Position numbers and translations under genes: made by a program. A stretch of DNA of 20,000 bases from an uncultured virus (IMG/VR IMGVR_UViG_3300008954_000038) (lineage: Duplodnaviria > Heunggongvirae > Uroviricota > Caudoviricetes), in the IMG/VR virus record IMGVR_UViG_3300008954_000038; one strand, given 5' to 3'. Positions 1 to 9,291 of this stretch are shown here, one piece after another (within the stretch, counting starts at the first letter, position 1; every line of letters begins with the position of its first letter). Below the pieces are notes generated by a model, which worked only from the letters and a program-made list of their open reading frames with translations, had not been told where the DNA came from and ran no database searches.

Positions 1-3000
1 GTTAGTAGGGGCGCTATAAAGGTGGGATATTTGGATAAGTGTGATAATGAACTTGAATGGAAAATATTTTCTTCTGAGAGAGCCGATTTTAGAACTGATG
101 ATCCTTGGGAACCTAATCAGTACGATAGCTCAGAAGGGCCAATAAACCCAAATAACGAAAAAAGGCCATTACTTAAAATGGCAACCCAAATAGAAGACAA
201 CCATTTACCTCCTACGGAGGCAGATGAGCCAACTAAGCCTACTGTGCCAAATAGACAGGACCCTTTACCTGAGGATGCTTGTGCGGAAGAACAGGTCTAT
301 GTTAAATACTCGGAAGTTCGTAAGCAGGATAAAAGAGATTGGTTTATTCGTTTAACAGACCTTGACGTTCCTCATTTCATAAGAGATAATTCTTACTTTG
401 ACGAGAAGGAACACGAAATGGAGCTCAAAACTAAAAAATTTGGGAGAATAAACGTTGACTACAGCGGAACCAGATTTAAGTTTTCTAATATATTTGGTAC
501 CAACAAAATGGATTTCAAAGAACATCAAACAGGTTTCCAGACTATAGAAGATTATGATGATCCATATAAATTTGGTATTACGTTGCTTAGTAACAGAAGA
601 GGAATTCAGAAAAAAATATTTTGGGAAAAAGATGTATCAGATAAGTTTTTCCCTGTCTATCTTAAGTTGCCTTGGGACATGCCGAAGGATATAATTGCTT
701 ACATGCTAAGCACTGGTCACGAGAGGCTTAGTAAGTGTTTGCATTTTAACGAAAGAAATGGAGAGATAACCCTAGGGGGCATTCAGCCTGATAAATGTTA
801 CTCTTTAGCATCCGAATCTTTATCTTCTTATGATTTCGTTCATGATGCGACCCAAGTTGACGCGCCTCTTTCGACAAGTGGGTCGGCTCGTCATTACCAC
901 GATAAGGATTATATGCGAAGCCTTAAGAGCATGATATTTAGGCCAAAGCTAATATATAACAAAAAAGCTTATTTTTCTGGCGAAAAAATTACAGGGGGAG
1001 ACCTTTCTGAATACAAGGTTACTTATCCTTACTTTTCTACTCTTTCTGTTTCTCAGTTTTCTGCGAAAGGTCTCGAGGAGACAAGTATGGAAGAAACTAG
1101 AGTGCAAGAAAAGAAGCAAATGCAGGAAGATATATCAGACGAAGCGCGAGCAGAAGGAAGAGATATTGATATCCATACCATAACGGAGTCCTCAGGGGTA
1201 GCTACAGCGACTACCTTAGATAACCATAGCATACAGAACGGTAGCACTATAACTATTACAGGAGCTACGCCGGAAGTTTACAATAGTAGTTTTGAGGTAA
1301 CTATTACTGGAGATAAAACCTTTACTTTTTCTATAGCGGAAGGTACTGGAGACGCGAGCGGAGACCTACTTGCTGCGAATATAAAAGATCTTGATCCTAT
1401 AATATTTTCTTGGGATAAAGTCACAAAAGATTCTCACGAGAATGATTTTCTTAGTGGAAGAGTTGAGTCTATAGTTGATCATCACGTTTCTGAAAAACAA
1501 GAGCTTATACAGGGTAGAAAAATAAAAGATATAAAAGGTTTTTACGAGCAAGAAATATGGAAGGGTGATAATGTTGGGTCTGTGGACGAGGAAGGTTATG
1601 TTGTTCAAGAGTTGAATGAAAATTACTGGAAGACTAGCCGTTTCTTTAAATTTGTTATTCCTTTAAAAGCAGGTTTTACTTACAGCAAACAAGATTCCCC
1701 TGAGGAAAAAATTATAATTAGAGATAAAGATGAGAATGAAAAAAATATAGGCTTAGCGGAGGAGGGTGACATTGCTGAAGTAACTATACAGTTTACAGAA
1801 GAAGATGTTAATAAATATGTGGAGCTACCGGGATTAGAGTACGAAGTTTCAGCTTCCCTTACTTATAACAGAAGTGATCTACAAACAGAAGGGGGTACTA
1901 ACGTTAAGGTTGCGCAGATAAGTCTTGAACCTAAAGATTCTATGCCTTTTGTTGCAGATGGGTATATATCTAGTTTAAATGAAGACTTTGCTTCTCCAGA
2001 TGGAGATGAATATACTACTAAATCTTTAGATAATCTTGCAAAAAAATATAAAAATAATGAGCAAGACGAGGAATACAAAAAGATATCAGGTAGTTTGATG
2101 CAGTTAAAAGATAACCAAGTATATCAATCTTTAAAAAATAATTTAGGATACTCTTTTGTTCCTCTTTTCGGCGTTACTTCTGGAAATAACCCTATGGTGG
2201 GCTTTAGTTTCAACTTAAAAAGAAATTTAAATTCTTACAGGGCAATAAGATTTAGGTTGAAAAAATTAACAGACAGGAGAATTGTATTTGATGACTTAAC
2301 TAAAGATGATAAAATAGGACCTTATTTAATCAATAACCCTGACGAAGCTAATTTGCAGTATCGGTTGAATACTAGCGTAAATAGTATAGCTTACCATGAC
2401 ATAGCTCATCCCGGTGGAGTTGCAACGACACCTGTTCAGGGTTGGAGTGATGTGGTTTTATCTGGTTCTGATTTAGAGCTTCCGCAATGTGCAGATGGTG
2501 ACGGTATAGTTTTCAAAGAAGATAACGGAGAGATAAAAGCAGGAAAGGTTTACTACGTTAGGCTTAATAATATTGATACTGCTAACGATAAATACAAAGT
2601 AGATGTTTTAAAAATATATTGCGACTCAGCGACTTCTTCAGCACAAGGTTTCGATAATTCAATTAAAGTTAATAGCGATTTAACAGAGAGTGGCCCTGCT
2701 CAAAAATACAAAATTGTTAATTATTTTAATTTAGATAAAAAAGCCGGAGATGAGGGGCACAGGGGTTATACCCCAGTTATAGATAAGCTTTACCCAGAGG
2801 GTGTTGGTTCCGCTGATGATCAGGGTTTAGCAAGGGGTTCTACTTTTAATTTCCCAATTATAATAGGCTCTAAAAAGTTTTATTTGGAACGAGCGTTATA
2901 TAAAAATCCCGGAGATACTACAGAATTTAGCACTTGGGCTGACACGGTTTGGGAGAGGGAAAGTTCGGGTTTTAGAGTTCGGGCTAATTTAGAAATGTCT

Positions 3001-6000
3001 GAAATAGCGCAGACTTTTATATCTGACTTAGGCGCTACTGAAGATATGACAACCTTTTTGAATCCCGGTTCAGATTGGAGGGACGAAGATATCTTTAATG
3101 GGGTCAAAAACCTTCTGTACAGAAGTAATAGTCAGGTCCAGTTGGTTAACTGGTATAAATCTGGCGAATCTATTATTGTTAAGCTTAATGTTGAGCTTAC
3201 AAAAGGAAAAGAGTATAGATGTCTTTTTAATAATGAAAAGTGGACTGACGATGAATCTTATATATCTTCAGTAAGTTTTGATGGAACCAAAAAGACCGCT
3301 TCTTTTTGTGATGTATTTACTTCCTCGTCAGGAGATTTGGATATAGAATTAAATGCCACAAAGCTTGGTATCAAAAACGAAGAGCAGTTAGATATATTTT
3401 CTGAAACAATTGGGGAAACACAAGGAAACAAAAACTTAATATTAGATCACCTCAAAAGCAGGGTATGCGTTGTCGAATCGGCTGGTTTTGTTGACCAAAC
3501 AATTAAGATAGATGGGGATAATTTAGGAGTTGCTGATTATATTGATTACCAAATACCAATACTAAACAACACAAATGATCGTGGGTTTGGTTTTCTTAAT
3601 CCAGATAGCTTTTACTATACAGAAGAGCATAACGATATATTTACGAGAGGACAAAGGTGGGATAATTTAACAAGAGAAGCAGCCGGTCTGGAGGGGGATA
3701 GCTTCAATGGGTTAATGTACGATGGGCCTTTGCCTGCTGACATAAAGTATATATATCCTAGAACTCAGGTAACAGAAGGTAAGAATCAGCTTGACTTTCT
3801 TATAAGTAATGATTTTTGGGATGGTTTTATAGACAGATTTGAGGTTGAAGACGAGTATGGTTCTCAGTCGAATAGAACTAAACCAAAAAATATTGAGTTT
3901 ACTTTACAACAGCTTGTTGATGAAGAGTGGGAGGATGTTAAGAATAGCAAAAATGAAATCGTCTCTTTGACCGCAAGCCAAGAATCTAGATCTGGAAAAA
4001 CTGCATATGCTAAAGTCTCTGTGCCCAGTGATCCGGGGGTAATAAGTGGCGCAACTTATAGGCTTGTTATCATTAATGAAGAAGTAGAATATTATAAAGA
4101 AGGAAAAAGGCATACCTTTTCTAATTCTAGCATGAGGGTTCCTTTTAGCTGGAAGAGCGTTGTATTTGCTTCAGAAATAACTAGCGTTAAAAACGTTTCT
4201 AGAGGAGATATTTATGAAAATAATATTAGTTTGGTTGAAAACCCAACACTTCAAAAGTCAATAGCTTTCCCTAAAGAAGGAGTATCTAAATTAGGCTCTT
4301 ACTCTTATAGAAAAGATCACCCCTATCTTGGGCTTAGGGTTCCTTATACTAGGCGTTACATGTACAGATTAGATCATAGCTTAAACGCTATCTATAGAGA
4401 TAAGATAAGTCAAGGTGGTATATCTAGAGTAGAGATAACTAACTCTGGTTCTGATTATAGGCTTGCTCCAGACATAACCATTGCTTCTCCTGAAGAGGGC
4501 ACGACAGCTACAGCTAAGGCTTACATAGAATCTGGAAAGTTAAAGTTTATTAAAGTCACTAATAGTGGGTCTGGTTACTCTGATTTATCAAAGCTAAATG
4601 TTAATAAATTTATAAGCAGCAACTGGGGAAGAGGAGCTGTTGTTAGGAAGGAGTGGATGATTCAGGCGGCTAAATTTACTCATAACTTTACCTTAAATGG
4701 AACAAAAGTAGTGACTCATGACGGGATAAAGAATATAGTATTTGGTTCTCTTGTGTCTGGAACAGGCATACCTTTGGGGACAAGAGTCACAAAGGTAAAT
4801 AGCTCAACTGAATTTGAAATTAGTGATAGCGCTACTGCAAGTGGAACCCAGACTCTAGCTATAGATCGAGCGGAAAGACCTATGCCCTATATATCTCTTG
4901 AAGATCAATTTGGTGTTGAGACGGCTGATGTTACGCTTAAAACTATTGATCCGGCTAAGCTGCCCAAGAGCGACCCTCGTTACGATAATCCTTGCCAAGA
5001 AAGCTTTGGTATAGATTTTGATGAGTCTGAAATTATAGCTGATTATACGGACTCTTACGAAGGTCAGGATTTAGCTGAAGATGCTATTAGTGCCGTAACT
5101 AATTATGTAGCTTTGATAGAGGGAGCCACAGAGGACCCAAATTGGCTTGAGAAAAGTGTTGATGATAAAGCTTCCCTTATTGGGGACTTAAATGCAGGGG
5201 AAAATTCTTCTGATGTGGAATCAAAAGAGATTTCTGCTTACGGACAAACAACTGAAGACGAATATGTTGATGACATAAAAGGGACTGAGCATCCTAGCGT
5301 GCAGGGCTTATATATAGCAAAAGAAGCAGACGAAATAGAACAAACGGGCACAACTGTAAATGATGATGGAACATGCCTGAGAGAAGTCTTTCCGTCTGTT
5401 AGTTCTGGGGCAGCTAAGGCTATAGTGAATAATCAATCTTTAGCAGAATACAGAGTTGTGGAAAATGCAGTAGCTAATACCGCTACCCCTTGGCTTTCTT
5501 CTTTTTCTAGAGAAGAGAACCCTTCTTTACCTAAGGGTTTTGGTATTAATCCGGGATCTCCTTTAACTTCAGAGGTTTTTAATAATTATGCTAGAGCTGT
5601 TAATAATATGTCTCTAGTTGGTGCTTATGTTCCGGTTTTCGCTAGAGTCAGAAAGTTTAGACAGTATGAGTATAGGTATATAGACGACATGGGAGGTATT
5701 ACTTTTAATGTAGAGAACCCGAAAGAAGCAGGAGAGGAAGAATCTGGGGGAGGGGTGTTAGGTTATGGTACTTGGGAAGCTGAGTCTAAAATTAATTACA
5801 TAGACTTTATTGATCCAAATGATAGACAATATAAAACCGCTTGGTTTTCTGCTGACTTTGGTAATACAATTAAATATTCAGATGATGTTACAAAAAATAT
5901 AACAGGTCAAGTTTACGATACAGGGATTGAATTATACAGAGATATTGATGAGACTGACGTAGCATATAATAGAAGATTAAAGAAGAGAAATCTTAAAATA

Positions 6001-6975
6001 GAAGACAGCTCTTATAAGCCTGACGATATAGGCTTACCAACCATCGTTAATATACCTAAAGAATTAGGGGTATTTTGTAATCCAAAAATGAAGCTCAAGA
6101 GGAATGAAAATGTTGGAAAAGACGTAGGGATTGAACTGCCTTCTTTAAATAATATAAGAGCTTCTGTTTTTGGTGGTGAGTTAGTGCATACTAGTGAAAC
6201 TTACGATATAACAGACGAAGACGGTAGAATAGTTTCTTCTATTATAAACATAGCGGGCTCTGATATAATAGATACTTCTTACGAAAACGAAATAATATTT
6301 GGCTGTCAGACTAGAGGCAAGCCTTTTTGGTCTACGTTTTTAAAGACTACGAAAGAGTGGACTGAGTTTGAGATTGTTCCTTCTCCTTCGTTTGTTGATT
6401 CTCTTTCTTCAGATGAGGGCATGGGTACTTTGAACCAAATAAAGGGCTCTGTATCTAGGGTTACGACTTTATGCGAAAATAAGGAATTTTCTAAAGTAGA
6501 TACTAGTTTAGGAGAGACCCATAGTCTTTGTGTTGATGGTGGGAACGGCATGGGGGTCAGTGCGGAATTTTCTTACGAAAATTTATTTAATTTGCGTGAC
6601 GGTGATGCTGTTATAGGTCCTGTGGCAGATAGTCATGAGATTGTTTTTGATCAAACTTTTGGAGGGCAAGGAACTCAGATATTTAAGATGGAGCCGGAAT
6701 TTACTCAAGCTCTAGCTGTTTATGGTTCTCATGGTGTTGCAAGCTTCTCGAGGCTAGGGGGAAGTGCTGGTGATACACTGCATGGTTACGTTGGTCCTTG
6801 CATTCATAAGTGTTCTCCTAGGGCAGAGGCTGTTTTTAACGCTAGTGATGAACAGTTGGTTTTTGATTTGATGGCGGGGTCTAAAAAAAGAGCTCTTAGC
6901 TCTACTAGTCGTATGCCAAAATTAGTTGTTTTTACTGACCCGCAGACGGGAGAAAAAAGTTATAGGTATGAATAA
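1..6975 (+). CDS. Giant acidic putative virion structural protein (tail/baseplate/fibre-associated), probably 5'-truncated
   Basis: The frame is open from base 1 (gtt agt agg ggc gct ata aag gtg), so GTG at 22 is probably not the true start. It contains beta-rich modules typical of large-phage virion proteins: TITESSGVATATT..HSIQNGSTITITGATPEVYN..F.VT.TGDKTFTF (~1162-1344), ISRVEITNSGSDYRLAPDITI..TTATAKAYI..IKVTNSGSGY (~4414-4581), GSLVSGTGIPLGTRVTKVNSSTEFEISDSATASG (~4680-4860). Confidence 0.65.
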   Translation, partial: VSRGAIKVGYLDKCDNELEWKIFSSERADFRTDDPWEPNQYDSSEGPINPNNEKRPLLKMATQIEDNHLPPTEADEPTKPTVPNRQDPLPEDACAEEQVYVKYSEVRKQDKRDWFIRLTDLDVPHFIRDNSYFDEKEHEMELKTKKFGRINVDYSGTRFKFSNIFGTNKMDFKEHQTGFQTIEDYDDPYKFGITLLSNRRGIQKKIFWEKDVSDKFFPVYLKLPWDMPKDIIAYMLSTGHERLSKCLHFNERNGEITLGGIQPDKCYSLASESLSSYDFVHDATQVDAPLSTSGSARHYHDKDYMRSLKSMIFRPKLIYNKKAYFSGEKITGGDLSEYKVTYPYFSTLSVSQFSAKGLEETSMEETRVQEKKQMQEDISDEARAEGRDIDIHTITESSGVATATTLDNHSIQNGSTITITGATPEVYNSSFEVTITGDKTFTFSIAEGTGDASGDLLAANIKDLDPIIFSWDKVTKDSHENDFLSGRVESIVDHHVSEKQELIQGRKIKDIKGFYEQEIWKGDNVGSVDEEGYVVQELNENYWKTSRFFKFVIPLKAGFTYSKQDSPEEKIIIRDKDENEKNIGLAEEGDIAEVTIQFTEEDVNKYVELPGLEYEVSASLTYNRSDLQTEGGTNVKVAQISLEPKDSMPFVADGYISSLNEDFASPDGDEYTTKSLDNLAKKYKNNEQDEEYKKISGSLMQLKDNQVYQSLKNNLGYSFVPLFGVTSGNNPMVGFSFNLKRNLNSYRAIRFRLKKLTDRRIVFDDLTKDDKIGPYLINNPDEANLQYRLNTSVNSIAYHDIAHPGGVATTPVQGWSDVVLSGSDLELPQCADGDGIVFKEDNGEIKAGKVYYVRLNNIDTANDKYKVDVLKIYCDSATSSAQGFDNSIKVNSDLTESGPAQKYKIVNYFNLDKKAGDEGHRGYTPVIDKLYPEGVGSADDQGLARGSTFNFPIIIGSKKFYLERALYKNPGDTTEFSTWADTVWERESSGFRVRANLEMSEIAQTFISDLGATEDMTTFLNPGSDWRDEDIFNGVKNLLYRSNSQVQLVNWYKSGESIIVKLNVELTKGKEYRCLFNNEKWTDDESYISSVSFDGTKKTASFCDVFTSSSGDLDIELNATKLGIKNEEQLDIFSETIGETQGNKNLILDHLKSRVCVVESAGFVDQTIKIDGDNLGVADYIDYQIPILNNTNDRGFGFLNPDSFYYTEEHNDIFTRGQRWDNLTREAAGLEGDSFNGLMYDGPLPADIKYIYPRTQVTEGKNQLDFLISNDFWDGFIDRFEVEDEYGSQSNRTKPKNIEFTLQQLVDEEWEDVKNSKNEIVSLTASQESRSGKTAYAKVSVPSDPGVISGATYRLVIINEEVEYYKEGKRHTFSNSSMRVPFSWKSVVFASEITSVKNVSRGDIYENNISLVENPTLQKSIAFPKEGVSKLGSYSYRKDHPYLGLRVPYTRRYMYRLDHSLNAIYRDKISQGGISRVEITNSGSDYRLAPDITIASPEEGTTATAKAYIESGKLKFIKVTNSGSGYSDLSKLNVNKFISSNWGRGAVVRKEWMIQAAKFTHNFTLNGTKVVTHDGIKNIVFGSLVSGTGIPLGTRVTKVNSSTEFEISDSATASGTQTLAIDRAERPMPYISLEDQFGVETADVTLKTIDPAKLPKSDPRYDNPCQESFGIDFDESEIIADYTDSYEGQDLAEDAISAVTNYVALIEGATEDPNWLEKSVDDKASLIGDLNAGENSSDVESKEISAYGQTTEDEYVDDIKGTEHPSVQGLYIAKEADEIEQTGTTVNDDGTCLREVFPSVSSGAAKAIVNNQSLAEYRVVENAVANTATPWLSSFSREENPSLPKGFGINPGSPLTSEVFNNYARAVNNMSLVGAYVPVFARVRKFRQYEYRYIDDMGGITFNVENPKEAGEEESGGGVLGYGTWEAESKINYIDFIDPNDRQYKTAWFSADFGNTIKYSDDVTKNITGQVYDTGIELYRDIDETDVAYNRRLKKRNLKIEDSSYKPDDIGLPTIVNIPKELGVFCNPKMKLKRNENVGKDVGIELPSLNNIRASVFGGELVHTSETYDITDEDGRIVSSIINIAGSDIIDTSYENEIIFGCQTRGKPFWSTFLKTTKEWTEFEIVPSPSFVDSLSSDEGMGTLNQIKGSVSRVTTLCENKEFSKVDTSLGETHSLCVDGGNGMGVSAEFSYENLFNLRDGDAVIGPVADSHEIVFDQTFGGQGTQIFKMEPEFTQALAVYGSHGVASFSRLGGSAGDTLHGYVGPCIHKCSPRAEAVFNASDEQLVFDLMAGSKKRALSSTSRMPKLVVFTDPQTGEKSYRYE

Positions 6976-7330
6976 AAAAGTAGAGTCAAGAGATCTTTAC
7001 TCCTCTTCTGTGTACAGAGAGTCTGTAGATCATGTTTATGCTTCTAGGGAACCTATGGCTTTTAAAAAAATAAATAAACCTAAAGATCTAAAGATGCCGA
7101 AAGCAAGAGAGATGGCAAAGAATTTAGGGAAGAGTCTTGTTAAGACTGCTAAAGCAGCAATAAAGGGAGATAAGATTATTGCTTCTTCTGATTTAGCTCT
7201 CCAAAGAACCGCTATATGCAAGACTTGCCCTTGGTTTGATCCGAAGAGTCAAAGATGCGCTAAGTGTGGGTGCGTGGTGCCTATGAAGGTTTATTTTGAG
7301 GAAGAGGAATGCCCTATCAAAAAGTGGTAA
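6968..7330 (+). CDS. Small Cys-rich putative Zn-binding protein (DUF6171-like)
   Basis: ATG at 6968 overlaps the end of the giant ORF and is preferred over TTG 6926. The C-terminus reads R..IC..CPWF......C.KCGC....K......ECPIKKW. Confidence 0.65.
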   Translation: MNKKVESRDLYSSSVYRESVDHVYASREPMAFKKINKPKDLKMPKAREMAKNLGKSLVKTAKAAIKGDKIIASSDLALQRTAICKTCPWFDPKSQRCAKCGCVVPMKVYFEEEECPIKKW

Positions 7331-8068
7331 TTATATTTTCTTCAGTCTCCCTATTAGTTCAAAAGTTTTACTTTTTGGTATGTCGTCTATAGATTCAATA
7401 TCTGTTGCTCCAGCAAAATCTTCTTGTATAAGTTTTGACTTGATATTATTAAACGAAATATTCTTTGACTCCATTATTTTTTCAAGTAATTGAGAAGGGT
7501 TTGATCCGGCTTTGCTTGGAGCGGCCTTTTTATATGAGGCGGCAGAGTTTTTAGCTGATCCTCCTCCCATCTCCTCTTGTCCGACTACATTGATCTTTAG
7601 AAAATTTCTAACGCATCTTACAAAGGCTCTGTTTTCTGCTGTGGCTGCTAAGAAGTTAGAAGCAAAGCTGTAGGTGTTATCTACGTGTGCATCTGCTAAA
7701 GCAGAAAAAATTACAGACTTATTATCTGTTTCGTAGTTTGGCGTCCAGCTTATGATACAGCTAGTGGCAAAATACTCTTGATTAGCCGCTACTACTTCGT
7801 AAGAAACAGAATTGAAACCTCTGATTTGAGCAAGCTCTTTAATTCCCCCAAGGAGAATTAACAAATCTCTATCTTCTAGAAGAGATACATCTGTTTCGTT
7901 TGTTTTTTGTTTATTTGGGACTAGGTACTCTTTCCTGACCATTTTTCTCCAGTTTACTGAACCGTCTTCATTGAAGACATAGTCGATAGGGGGGTTCTCT
8001 AGGAGGCCTCTTGAGTTTCTGGAGAGTTTCTCTGCATTGAGCTCAACTTCTTTGGCTTTGTCCGTCAT
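7331..8068 (-). CDS. Putative single-strand annealing protein (Rad52/Sak-like superfamily)
   Basis: GGIKELAQIRG, a beta-strand core, then FSALADA...FLAATAENRAFVRCVRNFLKI..VGQEEM, which resembles the A-E-x-R-A-x-x-R helix of phage SSAPs. A low-complexity linker and a small C-terminal helical domain follow. It has its own promoter. Confidence 0.5.
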   Translation of the reverse strand: MTDKAKEVELNAEKLSRNSRGLLENPPIDYVFNEDGSVNWRKMVRKEYLVPNKQKTNETDVSLLEDRDLLILLGGIKELAQIRGFNSVSYEVVAANQEYFATSCIISWTPNYETDNKSVIFSALADAHVDNTYSFASNFLAATAENRAFVRCVRNFLKINVVGQEEMGGGSAKNSAASYKKAAPSKAGSNPSQLLEKIMESKNISFNNIKSKLIQEDFAGATDIESIDDIPKSKTFELIGRLKKI

Positions 8069-8076
8069 ATATCTAC

Positions 8077-8105
8077 AGTATAACTTAAACTTGGGTTTTT
8101 GTCAA
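8077..8105 (-). promoter_or_regulatory. sigma70-type promoter with CAAGT spacer motif
   Basis: The minus strand reads TTGACA-AAAACC-CAAGT-TTAAGT-TATACT with a 17-bp spacer; ATG 8068 lies 8 nt after the -10. Confidence 0.85.
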
Positions 8106-9286
8106 ACTCTTTCTGTTATCCAGAAAAAATCCATTTCTTCCCAGAACTCTTTTTGGTCCAAGATTGGTATTGGGTCCGGAGTGAAATTGTTGATAGTTAT
8201 GTCGTTCAGGAATGCAGCTCTTCCCGGGTATATTTTATCCTCTTTTATTAAAAATTTTCTACTTCTGAATGTTAGTTTGTCTAGTTGTAAATTTTCGTAA
8301 TTTGGTAGAGACTTTTTATCTTTTTTCTCTATGATCATTATGGGTTTATTTAAATTTAGAATACTATATTTAAGTTTTTTTAAATCTTCTCCTTCTAAGT
8401 CTGAGTATATAGAATTAGGAATATTGTTTCTTTCTAATTCTCTAGAGAAGTCAGCGTCGTATTCTTCGTTTCTTATTAAATATATAACTTGAGAAATTTT
8501 TTCTTGATTCCTAGTAAGGTAATCAATGGGTATAGTTTTGTTCGTAACTATTAGTCCGGGGTTAACGTTTAACTGTTCTTCCATTACTTTTAAATCGTAA
8601 TGATAGTCCATTCTTATAACGTGTCTGTCTTTTGGTACTGGTTTACTGAAATTTGTTATAGCAGAAGGTATGATTTCTAAAAATTCATTATTCCATTTCG
8701 GCCCTATTTGAACTGTTTTATTTTTTATTTTAGCCTCAATCCCTAATAAGCTAAACACAGACTGCGCTATTTTTTCTGGCGCTATCGTATCAATAGTCTT
8801 AGGCTTTTCTTCTGTTGAGAAAGAGTGCTTGAGTCCTTTTTTGTCGCTTTCGAGTAAGATGACATCTTCTTTTTTTGACCAAAAAGGCCCACAGTTTTGG
8901 ACGGGGCTGTGAGAATATAGAGATACTATTTTCTTTTGGGATGCTGATGCTATATGTGTAGAGAAGGTGTCTGTACCTAGGTGAAGTAAGCCTCTCTTTA
9001 TTAAGTAGGCTGCTTGATTAATACTCGTTTTTCCGCATAGGTCATAGCATCCTTCGAATACCTGTTCTTTTTCTGTTCCAAGCTGGACCATGTGTATGTT
9101 TAGCTTTCTGAGGACAGGGATTAGCATGGACAGTGTGTCTTTCCAGTAGCTATAATTTTTAGAAGGTTTAGAAAAGGGGCTAAAGGTTATATATTTATCG
9201 AAAGGTAGGGGAGAAAACTTTTCATAGATATAAGGTTTATCTATTTTTGCTCCAGAAGCTAAAGAGTATTGTTCTACTAAGTGCAT
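8102..9286 (-). CDS. GT9 (heptosyltransferase-like) C-terminal half plus an unknown C-terminal domain
   Basis: H.VEQY...G...P, KNYSYW, VQLG, DLCGKTSINQAAYLIK...LHLGTDTFSTHIASA..KKIVSLY...P....PFW match the donor-binding C-terminal domain of WaaF/WaaC-type GT9. The GT9 N-terminal domain is absent. Confidence 0.75.
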   Translation of the reverse strand: MHLVEQYSLASGAKIDKPYIYEKFSPLPFDKYITFSPFSKPSKNYSYWKDTLSMLIPVLRKLNIHMVQLGTEKEQVFEGCYDLCGKTSINQAAYLIKRGLLHLGTDTFSTHIASASQKKIVSLYSHSPVQNCGPFWSKKEDVILLESDKKGLKHSFSTEEKPKTIDTIAPEKIAQSVFSLLGIEAKIKNKTVQIGPKWNNEFLEIIPSAITNFSKPVPKDRHVIRMDYHYDLKVMEEQLNVNPGLIVTNKTIPIDYLTRNQEKISQVIYLIRNEEYDADFSRELERNNIPNSIYSDLEGEDLKKLKYSILNLNKPIMIIEKKDKKSLPNYENLQLDKLTFRSRKFLIKEDKIYPGRAAFLNDITINNFTPDPIPILDQKEFWEEMDFFWITERV

Positions 9287-9291
9287 GGTTT

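Noticed and set aside
1053..7221. Short minus-strand ORFs inside the plus-strand genes (1053, 1366, 1863, 2880, 3904, 6306, 7036)
   Set aside because: Antisense shadows of real genes with no recognisable motifs or expression signals.
7328..7333. Convergent genes whose stop codons abut with no terminator (TAA|TTA)
   Set aside because: A real arrangement, but ordinary for compact phage genomes; no further signal.
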